Assembly (NCBI RefSeq): GCF_014384745.1
Contig: NZ_JACRSO010000003.1
Span: 416,040-440,039 of the forward strand
From: Luoshenia tenuis
GTDB lineage: Bacteria; Bacillota; Clostridia; Christensenellales; GCA-900066905
Direction of reading: 5' to 3'
DNA length: 24,000 nucleotides
Of the stretch, positions 1 to 8,297 are shown in pieces; the stretch's first letter is position 1; each line of letters opens with the position of its first letter. The position numbers and the translations under genes are program-made. The notes under the pieces were generated by a model that saw nothing but the letters and a program-made list of their open reading frames with translations, was not told where the DNA came from and did no database searches.

Positions 1-102
1 GCCATCACCCCGGAGGGGGAGGCGAAAATTCGGGATTTCCTTGGCGAGTGGCAGGAGATCGACCGGATCTATACCTTTATCAAGGAGGGGATCGAGCAAT
101 GA
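1..102 (+). CDS. C-terminal end of a probable PadR-family transcriptional regulator (5' part outside window)
   Basis: Frame 1 is open from base 1 to TGA at 100-102 (AITPEGEAKIRDFLGEWQEIDRIYTFIKEGIEQ*). The stop overlaps the next gene's ATG (ATGA at 99-102). PadR > DUF1700 > DUF4097 is a recurrent Firmicutes gene order. The family call rests mostly on this context, since only 33 aa are visible. Confidence 0.45.
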   Translation, partial: AITPEGEAKIRDFLGEWQEIDRIYTFIKEGIEQ

Positions 103-689
103 ACAAACAGGCATTTTTGGAGGGGCTGGCGGGCTATCTGGACGCGCTGGACCCAGAGGAGATCAAAAAGACCTGCGCCTATTACGCCGAGATGATCGAC
201 GACCGGGTGGAAGAGGGCATGGAAGAGGAACAGGCCGTGGCCAGCATGGAGCCGCTGCCGGTGATCGCCAAAGAGATCTTGAGCCAGGCGCCGCTTGGCA
301 ATCTGATCCGCGCCCGCGCCAAGACGGGGCGCAGGCTCTCGGGCGGGTCCATCGCCCTGATCGCCATCGGCTCGCCCATCTGGCTGCCGGTGGCGCTGGC
401 GGTACTGGCGGTGGGGCTGACGCTTTACCTGGTCTTTTGGGTGCTGGTGCTTTGCCTGTTCGTGCTGGACGCGACGCTGGCCCTTTCCGGCCCGCTGATG
501 TTTATCAGGGCGTTTGGCGCCGGCGGCGGGGCCAACCTGGTTTTCTGCATCGGCATGGGTTTAAGCGCGTTGGCGCTGGCGGTATTGGCCTTCCCCTGTG
601 CGATGGGCGCGGCCAAGGGTACGCTGTGGCTGGGCAAGTGGCTGCTGCGCAAGATCAAGGCCCCGTTTATCCGTAAGGAGGTGGCGTAA
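99..689 (+). CDS. DUF1700 (HAAS-type) membrane protein
   Basis: ORF 48-689, with preferred ATG at 99 overlapping the upstream stop. The N-terminus MNKQAFLEGLAGYLDALDPEEIKKTCAYYAEMIDDRVEEGMEEEQAVASM matches the recalled DUF1700 helical head. The C-terminal half is hydrophobic (IALIAIGSPIWLPVALAVLAVGLTLYLVFWVLVLCLFVL...). Confidence 0.8.
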   Translation: MNKQAFLEGLAGYLDALDPEEIKKTCAYYAEMIDDRVEEGMEEEQAVASMEPLPVIAKEILSQAPLGNLIRARAKTGRRLSGGSIALIAIGSPIWLPVALAVLAVGLTLYLVFWVLVLCLFVLDATLALSGPLMFIRAFGAGGGANLVFCIGMGLSALALAVLAFPCAMGAAKGTLWLGKWLLRKIKAPFIRKEVA

Positions 690-690
690 G

Positions 691-1620
691 ATGATGAAAA
701 AGCTATACAGGATCGCCGCGATCGTACTGGCCCTGGGGCTGGTGCTGAGCTTTTGCGGCGTAGCGGCGGCCGGGTTCGACTTTGAGAAGCTGGGCACGCA
801 GCTGGAGTATGAGCAGCGCACCTTCTCCGCCCAGCCGCAAGGGGTGAGCGCGCTTTCCATCTCGGTGACGAACGAGCCGGTGCGGATCATCCCCTCCGAG
901 GATGGGCAGATCCACATCACCTACTGGGAGACCGAGTTCGACCACTATAACGTGACGCAGGAGGGCGGCCTGATCAGCTGCAATTACTGGGACAGCCGGG
1001 CCTGGTACGATCACATCATGGTGCTGAATTTTTCCTTTACCCCGCATGAAGTGACGGTGGCCCTGCCCGAAGGGGTAACGCTGAAGGCCAGCGTGCGCAA
1101 CGTCAACGGCCCGGTGGAGGCCGAGGGCGTAACGCTCAATACGCTCAGCGCCAGCACCGTCAATGGACGGATCAGCCTGAGGGATGTGCAGGCCCAGGGC
1201 GAGATCAGCCTTGTGAACACCAATGGCGGGATCGATGGCTCGGCCGTGAGGGCGGGCGCGTTTACCGCGACGACCCAAAACGGCGCGGTGGACCTGGCGG
1301 GCCTGGAGAGCGGCGAGGGCGCGGCGGCGCGCAGCGTCAACGGCCCGGTCAGCCTTGTAGACTGCCGGGTGGGCGGTTTGACGGCGGAGAGCATGAACGG
1401 CCGCATCGACTTAAGCCGGGTGCGCGCGCAGGGCAATGTATCGCTGACTACGGTGAACGGCCCGATCGGCGGCACGCTGATCGGCGAGCAGGCGGAGTAC
1501 GCTGTGAGCACCTCCACCGTAAACGGGGGCAGCAGCCTGCCCAACTCCGTGGGCGGGGAATGGGAACTGATGGCCCGCTCCACCAACGGCGGGATCGACC
1601 TGAGGTTTGTCGAGCGATAG
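691..1620 (+). CDS. DUF4097 family beta-strand repeat protein (putative adhesin/LiaG-like)
   Basis: ORF 598-1620, with preferred ATG at 691, 1 nt after the upstream TAA. It has an N-terminal anchor or signal MMKKLYRIAAIVLALGLVLSFCGVAAA. The body is a run of NG-containing repeats (VNGPVE, VNGRISL, TNGGIDG, QNGAVDL, VNGPVSL, MNGRIDL, VNGPIGG, VNGGSSL, TNGGIDL), typical of DUF4097. Confidence 0.8.
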   Translation: MMKKLYRIAAIVLALGLVLSFCGVAAAGFDFEKLGTQLEYEQRTFSAQPQGVSALSISVTNEPVRIIPSEDGQIHITYWETEFDHYNVTQEGGLISCNYWDSRAWYDHIMVLNFSFTPHEVTVALPEGVTLKASVRNVNGPVEAEGVTLNTLSASTVNGRISLRDVQAQGEISLVNTNGGIDGSAVRAGAFTATTQNGAVDLAGLESGEGAAARSVNGPVSLVDCRVGGLTAESMNGRIDLSRVRAQGNVSLTTVNGPIGGTLIGEQAEYAVSTSTVNGGSSLPNSVGGEWELMARSTNGGIDLRFVER

Positions 1621-1634
1621 TAAAAAGCATGTCA

Positions 1635-1668
1635 AAAAGCGGCCCGCCAAGATTGGCGGGCCGCTTTT
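1635..1668. terminator. Bidirectional intrinsic terminator between convergent DUF4097 and MFS genes
   Basis: There is a perfect 14-bp stem, aaaagcggcccgcc (1635-1648) / ggcgggccgctttt (1655-1668), with loop aagatt. An A-run on the left and a T-run on the right allow it to work on both strands. Confidence 0.8.
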
Positions 1669-1679
1669 ACGTAATCCTT

Positions 1680-2894
1680 TTAGGCTTGGGCCTTGGGTTT
1701 ATCCTCCTTGATGATGAGGGCTGCGGCCATATTGATCAGCGAAAGGCCGGCGGCGATAAAGAACACGTACTGGTAGCCCCACTCGTACCAGATCCACCCG
1801 CCCAGGGCGGAGGCGGCGATGGAGACCAGGTGATCCAAACTGATGCCGGTGGAGAGGGTGGGCATGATGTCCTCCGGCGTTTCGGCGATGTTGCGCAGGT
1901 AAACCGTGCGTGCCACCGCAAACTGCATGCCCATGCGGTTGAGCACGTAAAAAGCAAAGCAGCACCACAGCGCCACCTCCGGGGAGAAGGCCTGCTGCAC
2001 GAAGGCGTAGCCCAGATAGACGAAGATGAAGACGAGCCCCTCGCCGAACATCACCTTTTTGACGCCGAACTGATCCACCAGGCGCCCCAGCAGGGGGATA
2101 AACAGCACCCCGATACCCGAGCCGATGACCGAGAGGATGGCCATGGTATCGGTCTGCTGCAGCATCAGCTCGATCAGCACCCAGGGGCCGAACACCGTCA
2201 TGATCTGCTTGTGCGCGCCGTTGACGATGGCCAGCACGTAATAGATGGCATACCGCTTTTTAAATACGAAGCGGAACTTGGGCCTGCCTTTTTCGTACAC
2301 CTCGCCGGCGTTGCGGCGCATTTTGATAAACAGAACCGCCGCCGCGGCCGAGCAGGCCGCCGCGATGATAAAGATCACGATAGGATTGGAAAAGCTTAAA
2401 AAGCCGCTGCCAAAGCCGAAGAATACCAGCAGGCCCGCCACCATGACAAACGCGGTGCGAAAGCCGGTAAACTTGCCCAGCCAGCTGCCGGTCTTGCCGT
2501 CCTTGATGAGGGAAACGGCGATGGATTCCTGCAAGGGCATGTAAAGGTGCATGCCGGTGGAGTTGATGAACAGGAAAACCAGCATCAGCCCAAAGGGCGG
2601 AGTCCACAGCCCCAGCACCAGCACGCCCGCCGCGCACAGCAGCTGGGCGATGATGGCCAGGCGCAGATCCCCCAAAAAGCCGGCCAGCGAGGTCATCACC
2701 AGCAGCAGCATGCCGGGCAGCTCGCGCGGCGTTTCGATCAGCCCGCGCTGCAGGGCGGTCACGTCATAGACATCCTTAAAATAGTTGCTGTACACCGAAT
2801 CGCTCAAGCCCATGCCCAGGCCGATCAGGGCGGAGATGATGAAAAACAGCTTGACGTTCGGGTCCATCTTGCGTAGATACTCCCTCAAAACCAT
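1680..2894 (-). CDS. MFS-type transporter
   Basis: 404-aa ORF that is hydrophobic throughout with many TM-like segments. An MFS motif-A-like GRLVDQFGVKK lies in the second half. The start is uncertain. M1 at 2894 has GAGGGGG only 1-2 nt upstream, and M10 at 2867 (MDPNVKLFF...) is an alternative. Confidence 0.75.
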   Translation of the reverse strand: MVLREYLRKMDPNVKLFFIISALIGLGMGLSDSVYSNYFKDVYDVTALQRGLIETPRELPGMLLLVMTSLAGFLGDLRLAIIAQLLCAAGVLVLGLWTPPFGLMLVFLFINSTGMHLYMPLQESIAVSLIKDGKTGSWLGKFTGFRTAFVMVAGLLVFFGFGSGFLSFSNPIVIFIIAAACSAAAAVLFIKMRRNAGEVYEKGRPKFRFVFKKRYAIYYVLAIVNGAHKQIMTVFGPWVLIELMLQQTDTMAILSVIGSGIGVLFIPLLGRLVDQFGVKKVMFGEGLVFIFVYLGYAFVQQAFSPEVALWCCFAFYVLNRMGMQFAVARTVYLRNIAETPEDIMPTLSTGISLDHLVSIAASALGGWIWYEWGYQYVFFIAAGLSLINMAAALIIKEDKPKAQA

Positions 2895-3153
2895 ACCCCC
2901 TCAATTTTAAGCGCCAAACGGGCGCAAGATATCCCCTTTTAAATACCCGTAAAAATGACCCGCGTGAGTAAAGAACGGACGGCCTTAAAGGCCACAAGCG
3001 CGGCCCGCGCGAGAAAATGATATGCCACAGCGCCCCATTGACATTTTATGGGAGCGTTCCCCAATATTCTACCATAAGGGCCGCTTTTCACCTAGCATTT
3101 TTTGCGCTATAGGGCGAGGGGGAACGGCGTTTGATATTTAGCTGGCAAAGGAT

Positions 3154-3181
3154 TTGCTTTTGGCCGCGCCTGTGGTATCAT
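3154..3181 (+). promoter_or_regulatory. Candidate sigma-A promoter for esterase copy 1
   Basis: TTGCTT (3154-3159), a 16-nt spacer including the extended -10 TGg, then TATCAT (TGgTATCAT spans 3173-3181). It lies about 55 nt upstream of ATG 3238. Motif match only. Confidence 0.35.
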
Positions 3182-3237
3182 AATAGGGTAGACGGGGTGT
3201 AAAGCCCCGAGAGAGAAAAAAGAGGGGGAAAAGAAAA

Positions 3238-4086
3238 ATGGCACTTGTCACCATGAATTTTGAAAGCCAGTACCTGATGGTCAACCACGAGGTCAGCGTG
3301 ATCCTTCCCGACAAGCCACGGGAACAATCCCCTGCCGATTTTTACGGCAGCGGCAAAAAGTACCCGGTGCTTTGGCTGCTGCACGGCACCTTTGGGGACC
3401 ACAGCGACTGGCTGCGAAAGAGCATGATCGAGCTGTACGCCTGCGAGAACGACCTGATCGTGGTGATGCCCAGCGCGCTCAACAGCAATTACATGAACTG
3501 GAAGGGCTTTGGCACCGGCTTCTTTATGGAGGATTACCTCATCAAAGAATTGATGCCGCTGATCTATAACTGGTTCCCGGCCTCGGACAGCAAAGAGGAC
3601 AACTTTATCGCCGGCCTCTCCATGGGCGGGGGCGGCACGATGCAGTATGCCTGCGCCTACCCGGAGCACTTTGCCGGGGCAGCCATCCTCTCGGCCGGGC
3701 CGATGGATTACAAGGCGCTTTTCGCCTGCCAACCGGGGGAGGAGGGCGACCCGTTTATGACCCGGTTCCGCGGGCGGGTGCAGACCCAGGTAGACCAGCT
3801 GGGCGGGCTGGACGCGTTTTTGGACAGCGCCTGCAACCCCTGGGATAAGCTGCCCGGGCTGATTGAAAAGGGGACGCTGCCCCGGCTGTATTTCGCCATC
3901 GGCAGGGAGGACTTTGGCTACCAGAACTACCTGAAGTTTAAAGATTATGCCGGCAAGATCGGGCTGGAGGCGACCTTTGAGGAGTTTGACGGATACGAGC
4001 ACGAGTGGCGCTTTTGGGACTTGACCATCCAGCGGGCACTCAAGTTCTTCGGCTTTGACTCTCGGGACGCGGGCAATCCCTTTTAA
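3238..4086 (+). CDS. Esterase family protein (alpha/beta hydrolase, putative esterase/CE1-like), copy 1
   Basis: 282-aa ORF with a G-rich RBS (agagggggaaaag) upstream. It carries the nucleophile elbow GLSMGGGG and an HGTFGDHSDW oxyanion-region motif. It is paralogous to 21891-22742. Confidence 0.9.
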   Translation: MALVTMNFESQYLMVNHEVSVILPDKPREQSPADFYGSGKKYPVLWLLHGTFGDHSDWLRKSMIELYACENDLIVVMPSALNSNYMNWKGFGTGFFMEDYLIKELMPLIYNWFPASDSKEDNFIAGLSMGGGGTMQYACAYPEHFAGAAILSAGPMDYKALFACQPGEEGDPFMTRFRGRVQTQVDQLGGLDAFLDSACNPWDKLPGLIEKGTLPRLYFAIGREDFGYQNYLKFKDYAGKIGLEATFEEFDGYEHEWRFWDLTIQRALKFFGFDSRDAGNPF

Positions 4087-4098
4087 GGGCAGGGGACG

Positions 4099-4128
4099 AA
4101 AAAAGCGGGCGGCGAAAGCCGCCCGCTT
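4099..4128 (-). terminator. Intrinsic terminator of the DUF2500 gene (may also stop esterase copy 1)
   Basis: The stem is aagcgggcggc (4103-4113) / gccgcccgctt (4118-4128) with a GAAA loop. On the minus strand the stem is followed by a T-run (plus-strand A-run 4099-4104). The plus strand has no T-tail. Confidence 0.75.
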
Positions 4129-4254
4129 GGCGATTGAGAGGACGCTGCACGACGGAAAAAAGCGAAAAGCAGCCGCAACAGCAATGCCCAAGTTTTTAAT
4201 GGAATCAGCCGTTCAACCCGGGAAAACGCTTGTATGGCGGCAGACAGCGACGGA

Positions 4255-4623
4255 TTAATCTCTTTCAAACCCGATATACCTTGCGCTTTGATAGGTAAGC
4301 GTACCCTTATATCCCTTTTTCAGCTTCAGGTATTGGGGTTTGCTTACGCGCAGCTCAATTTGTCCGCCGCTTTCCAGGGCAAAGGTCACATAGTAGGTGA
4401 TGCGCTTTTGCGCGCGCATCCCGGGGGCGGTATTTCGCTGGCGATAAACGTAATCTTCTTGAGCGCGCTTGTTGGACAGGGCCGCGCGAACCACGATGCG
4501 TGGCGCGCGTTTGTCTTTGAGCCAGCGCGCTGCCACATAAATAATTGAGAACCCCAGTATAGCGGCAAATAGCATCATGAATAAGGCGATAGAAAGATCC
4601 CTGGATGATTCAAAGAAAGGCAT
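4255..4623 (-). CDS. DUF2500 domain-containing small membrane protein
   Basis: ORF 4255-4650, with preferred ATG at 4623 preceded by GGAAGGAGA. The product MPFFESSRDLSIALFMMLFAAILGFSIIYVAARWLKDKRAP... has one N-terminal TM helix followed by a beta-rich domain (ITYYVTFALESGGQIELRVSKPQYLKLKKG), as recalled for DUF2500. Confidence 0.75.
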   Translation of the reverse strand: MPFFESSRDLSIALFMMLFAAILGFSIIYVAARWLKDKRAPRIVVRAALSNKRAQEDYVYRQRNTAPGMRAQKRITYYVTFALESGGQIELRVSKPQYLKLKKGYKGTLTYQSARYIGFERD

Positions 4624-4688
4624 TTCGTCTCCTTCCGCACAATTTTCCAAGCGGCGTATGGCGTGCGCGCCAATGCGGTTTATAATCT

Positions 4689-4823
4689 GTCATTCCGAGC
4701 CTGGCGAGGAATCTCGGGGCAACCAATTGGTTGGGCCCGTGCCGCTGCGGTGCGGGTAAAGCGCGGCTAAAAGAGGATGCGGGAGATTCTTCGCGCGGGC
4801 TTTCGTCCCCCGCTCTGAATGAC
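4689..4823 (+). repeat. MITE/REP-like unit, copy 1 (A-arm ... B-arm)
   Basis: The A-arm is gtcattccgagcctggcgaggaatctc (4689-4715). The B-arm is gagattcttcgcgcgggctttcgtcccccgctctgaatgac (4783-4823). The arms are inverted versions of each other, and each is itself a hairpin (ATTCC/GGAAT). Confidence 0.7.
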
Positions 4824-4881
4824 GGGGGAATAAAGGGGGCCTCGCATGATATGGGGACGGCGGTTTCGGGCGCGCCCCTCT

Positions 4882-7149
4882 CTATCCTTCCACCTCAAAG
4901 TCCTCCGCTTTGAGCAGCGGGCTTAGCTCCCCGGTGCAGTAGCAGTACAGCCGGTGCAGGGGACGGGTCATGGTCACGTAGAGCAGGCGCGCGTCCAGAT
5001 CGCTGCCCGGGTAGCGCCCGGCGCTGACATCCGGGATGAGCACTGCGTCAAACTCCAGCCCCTTGGCCAGCGGGGCAGACACCACCATCACCCCGCCGGC
5101 ATAGTGGGTATCCTTGGGGGTGAGCCGCTGTACCGGTTGGCCCAGCGCCTTTTGCAGGGCGCGGTGCAGCGGGCGGCACTCGTTTTCATCCCGGGCGATG
5201 ACGGCGATGGTGCGGTACCCCTCATCCAGCAGGCGCTGGATACGGGCGGCCAGCGCCCCGCCAAGCGCCCGGGGTTTGACGAAGAAAAGCGCCGGGGCCT
5301 CCCCATGGCGCAGCACGGGCTGGGCCGCCACCATGCCGGGATAGGGCCGGCGGGCGCAGACCGTGCCCGCCAGGCGCATGATCTCCACCGTAGAGCGGTA
5401 GCTGGTGGTCAGCCCCAAAAAGGCGGGCGCGGGGTCGGAGAATACGGCGGACAGGTCCTCGCGCCAGGCGGTGGTGCCCCGGTAGGCGCGGATGCCCTGG
5501 GCCAGATCCCCAACCAGGGTGAAGGAGCTGTTGCCCGCCAGGGTGCGCAGCAGGTCAAACTGGAAGGGCGAAAAATCCTGCGCCTCGTCCACCACGGTAT
5601 GGCGGATAGCCATCTCCTCGTGCAGGCCGTAGAGATAGCGGCGGATCAGCACCAGGGCGGGCAGATCCTCCTCGGCGGCGCGCCCGGCCTGAAGCGCGGG
5701 CAGGGCTACCCGCGAAAGGGCGGCCCAGGCTTGCGGATCGATCCCCTGCGGCACGGGGCCGGAGAGAAAGGCGATATAGGCATCCATCACCCGGGGTGGG
5801 GTGAGCGCCGCGGCGGCCGCAGCGGGATAGACCCGGATCTGCTCGCGCAGGGCATGAACGGCCTGATCCCGCTGGGCGTAGATGCGCTGCATAGCGGCCC
5901 GGCGCTGGGGGCTGTCCTCCGGGGAGGTGCGGCGCAGCAGCAGCGCCATGGCGGCGGCCCGCTCCTCCCGCGCGGCGATCAGCGCCCCCAGCATCTCGCT
6001 TACCCGGCGGCGCAGGGGTTTTTTCAGCTCCTCCATCCGCCGCTTAAGGGGGAAGGGTTTGAGGTCCTGAAGATAGAGCCTTAGCACCTCCTCACCCGAG
6101 AGCACGGTCTGCCCCTCCAGCGTAAAGCCCTCCTTAGGCGGCAGGCTGCGTTCTACCTGCTCCAAGTAGCGCGCCACCGCGTCCCGGAAGGCCAGCGTGC
6201 CCCGCAGGCGGGCCGCCAAGGCCAGATCCTGCTTTTGCGCCTGGGGCGCGGCGGGGTCCAGCAGGGTAAAGAGCGGGTCCTCGGTTTGCAGGCGGGGCAT
6301 ATCCTTGCCCAGCAGGCGGGCACATAGCTGGGGGAATGTCCACTGGCGCACCTGGTCCACGCCCAGCTCCGGCAGAACGGCGGAGATATAGTCCAAAAAC
6401 AGGGGGCTGGGGGCCAGGATCAGCATCTGCGAAGGGGCCAGCTCCCCCCGGTGGACGTATAAAAGGTAGGCGATGCGGTGCAGGGCGATGGTGGTTTTTC
6501 CGCTGCCGGCGGCGCCCTGCACCACCACCGGGCCGCGCAGCGGGGCGCGGATGATGTCGTTCTGCTCGCGCTGGATGGTGGAGACGATGTCTTTAAGCCG
6601 GTCGTCCTTGCTCTGGCCCAGCACGTTTTGCAGGTAGGCGTCCTGCGCCACCACGTCGGTATCAAAGATGGTTTGCAACTGGCCGTCCTGTATGGTCATC
6701 AACCGCTTAAGGCTAAGTTCCCCTTCGATCTCCCCATCCGGCGCCCGGTAGGAGACCTGGCCCAGCTGCCCGGCGTAGTACAGGTTGGCCAGCGGCGCGC
6801 GCCAGTCGATCACCCAGGGGGTCTGGGTGCGGCTGTCCAGCACCCCGGCCTTGCCGATATAGTAGGCGGTAGGGGCGGTTTCGCCGCTCTGGGTAAAATC
6901 CACACGGGTAAAATAGGGGGCCTTTGCGGCCAGCTGCAGGTTGTGGAGGGCCTGGGACGTCATGCGGTATTGCAATTCGTGCAGCATCAGGGCCGCACCC
7001 TCGCCGCTGCGGCGGCGGGTATCCTCCAGCGCCTCCCGGCGCTCGCGCTCCTCCTCGCGGGCCAGGCCGGTCTCCCGGGCGATGAGGGAGAGGGTTTTTT
7101 GCAGGTGCGCCTGCTCCTGCGGATATGCGGGATGATCTTGCAAAGACAT
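4882..7149 (-). CDS. helD: HelD-type UvrD-like helicase (RNA polymerase recycling ATPase, helicase IV family)
   Basis: ORF 4882-7332, with preferred ATG at 7149 preceded by AAGGAGGG. It has an N-terminal coiled-coil followed by PYFTRVDF, Walker A GAAGSGKTT, and a DEAQD-like VVDEAQDFSPFQF. The C-terminal UvrD_C motifs are AKGLEFDAVLI and LLYVTMTRPLHRL. Confidence 0.85.
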   Translation of the reverse strand: MSLQDHPAYPQEQAHLQKTLSLIARETGLAREEERERREALEDTRRRSGEGAALMLHELQYRMTSQALHNLQLAAKAPYFTRVDFTQSGETAPTAYYIGKAGVLDSRTQTPWVIDWRAPLANLYYAGQLGQVSYRAPDGEIEGELSLKRLMTIQDGQLQTIFDTDVVAQDAYLQNVLGQSKDDRLKDIVSTIQREQNDIIRAPLRGPVVVQGAAGSGKTTIALHRIAYLLYVHRGELAPSQMLILAPSPLFLDYISAVLPELGVDQVRQWTFPQLCARLLGKDMPRLQTEDPLFTLLDPAAPQAQKQDLALAARLRGTLAFRDAVARYLEQVERSLPPKEGFTLEGQTVLSGEEVLRLYLQDLKPFPLKRRMEELKKPLRRRVSEMLGALIAAREERAAAMALLLRRTSPEDSPQRRAAMQRIYAQRDQAVHALREQIRVYPAAAAAALTPPRVMDAYIAFLSGPVPQGIDPQAWAALSRVALPALQAGRAAEEDLPALVLIRRYLYGLHEEMAIRHTVVDEAQDFSPFQFDLLRTLAGNSSFTLVGDLAQGIRAYRGTTAWREDLSAVFSDPAPAFLGLTTSYRSTVEIMRLAGTVCARRPYPGMVAAQPVLRHGEAPALFFVKPRALGGALAARIQRLLDEGYRTIAVIARDENECRPLHRALQKALGQPVQRLTPKDTHYAGGVMVVSAPLAKGLEFDAVLIPDVSAGRYPGSDLDARLLYVTMTRPLHRLYCYCTGELSPLLKAEDFEVEG

Positions 7150-7246
7150 GAGCAGCCCTCCTTTATCAAAATAATCTGCCCTGCGGGCAGCAAAATACGC
7201 CCCGCGGCCTGGAAGGCCGGGGGTGCAAAGCGCGCAGGGAATTAAT

Positions 7247-7274
7247 ATTATAGCATGCCGGGTGCGAATGTAAA
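7247..7274 (-). promoter_or_regulatory. Candidate promoter of helD
   Basis: The minus strand reads TTTACA (7274-7269), a 16-nt spacer, then extended -10 TGcTATAAT (7255-7247). It lies about 100 nt upstream of ATG 7149. Confidence 0.5.
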
Positions 7275-7465
7275 GGGGACCGCAAAAAAAGACAGCGCCC
7301 CTAGACCGCCGGGCGCGAAAGACGCGGCCCAAAGCATGGGTTTATCAATGCCGATCAAGGCTTCCTGCCCTGTGATGCGGAGCTTGCGCGGGGAAGCTAT
7401 TGACAACTACCGGGCCCGGCTATTCTCAAGCCGCGCGAGTCGGGCGTAGCTGTGAGGTGAGGCGG

Positions 7466-7622
7466 GAGATGCTTCGCGTAGCCTTACGGCCTCGCTCTGA
7501 ATGGCAAGGCTATCGCCCTATTAGCCGCTCCCGGGCTATCGCCCCCTCATCCGCTCCTGATTTCCTATGTTTCCCCTATTCTCTCGCCCACCATAAACTA
7601 GCCGCCCTCTGTTCCGAATGAC
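7466..7622 (-). repeat. Degenerate MITE/REP-like arms in minus orientation
   Basis: gagatgcttcgcgtagccttacggcctcgctctgaatggca (7466-7506) and ctctgttccgaatgac (ending at 7622) are B-type arms on the plus strand, which makes them A-type on the minus strand. Together with 7662-7722 they mirror the arrangement at 14712-14850. Confidence 0.5.
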
Positions 7623-7661
7623 AATGTAGCGAGTGCTAAAGTTTAGGTTTTCATACAATGG

Positions 7662-7722
7662 CATCTCTCCCTCCGGCGCACCCAACGGGTGCGCCACCTC
7701 CCTCGTCAAAGGGAGGCAAGTG
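7662..7722 (-). repeat. 61-nt double-hairpin element (type C), minus orientation
   Basis: The reverse complement, cacttgcctccctttgacgagggaggtggcgcacccgttgggtgcgccggagggagagatg, is near-identical to 14712-14772. It contains two stems: cctccct/agggagg and ggcgcaccc/gggtgcgcc. Confidence 0.75.
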
Positions 7723-7757
7723 GGGGTTAAATCAAAGGGCATAGCATTCCTCTCTCT

Positions 7758-7913
7758 GTCATTCCGAGCATAAGCGAGGAATCTCCTGATCTCCTGAGCA
7801 GCCCCGCCCGCACCGCGTAGCACAGGGGCCACCCCTGCCGCGCAGGTTCAGCGCCGCTTTCCTGCCTATGCCCTGAGATTCTTCACTTCGGCTTCGCCTT
7901 CGTTCTGAATGAC
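7758..7913 (+). repeat. MITE/REP-like unit, copy 2
   Basis: The A-arm is gtcattccgagcataagcgaggaatctc (7758-7785). The B-arm is gagattcttcacttcggcttcgccttcgttctgaatgac (7875-7913), nearly identical to the B-arm at 14919-14957. Confidence 0.75.
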
Positions 7914-7965
7914 AGGCTTGCGCATAAACCTATCCTTTCCCGCGCAGATTATCGTTTCTAATTCT

Positions 7966-8090
7966 GTCATTCCGAAGCCGTAAGCGAGGAATCTCTTTAC
8001 GCCCTGTTGGCCTTGCCTGCATCACGTAGCCATAGGTCAAACACTGCTTTCTCGCCCATGCACGAGATTCTTCGCTCCCTCTGAATGGCA
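7966..8090 (+). repeat. MITE/REP-like unit, copy 3
   Basis: The A-arm is gtcattccgaagccgtaagcgaggaatctc (7966-7995). The B-arm is gagattcttcgctccctctgaatggca (8064-8090). The internal segment (..ttac..tggcct..cctgcatc..) resembles copy 4 at 14822-14957. Confidence 0.75.
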
Positions 8091-8297
8091 AAAGCCGTGC
8101 AGCGTGCATGAACTTAAGGGCGGCGGACCGAAACCAGCTGACGAACCGGTTTGCAGGGAGGAAAAGCGGCCGGGTGCGTCGAATAATATAGGCGTTGTAT
8201 AGACATTGTAGGGACATCGTATAAATGAACGAGGGCATTGCCTTTATCGGGCGGCGGGGCCGCACGGGGGAAAGGAGAACGGGTTATCGTGCTTCCG

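Noticed and set aside
48-98. Upstream start codons offered by the ORF track (48 for DUF1700, 598 for DUF4097, 7332 for helD, 18510 for MATE, 21784 for Gfo/Idh/MocA, 4650 for DUF2500, 8238 for DUF896).
   Set aside because: The extensions overlap upstream genes or repeats, lack an RBS and add non-homologous R/G/P-rich residues. Internal starts with proper SD spacing reproduce the canonical family N-termini.
3178-4191. Long antisense or overlapping ORFs opposite well-supported genes: 3178-4191(-), 1560-2399(+), 4954-6084(+), 6478-7245(+), 11559-12377(-), 13209-13826(-), 16949-17824(+), 20588-21421(+), 22266-22901(+) and others.
   Set aside because: These are typical high-GC shadow ORFs. Their composition is R/G/A/P/H-rich and low-complexity, they lack RBSs and recognisable motifs, and each fully overlaps a gene with clear family signatures on the other strand.
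7400-7432. Plus-strand promoter-like TTGACA (7400-7405) ... TATTCT reading into the repeat tract.
   Set aside because: The spacer is only 15 nt, the -10 is weak, and there is no downstream gene for ~860 nt. It is probably chance.
7466-8090. CRISPR array interpretation of the recurring GTCATTCC../GAGATTCTTC.. hairpins.
   Set aside because: The repeats are not identical, occur in both orientations, and have irregular spacing (about 60-130 nt, with homologous 'spacers' between copies). No cas genes or leader are present.
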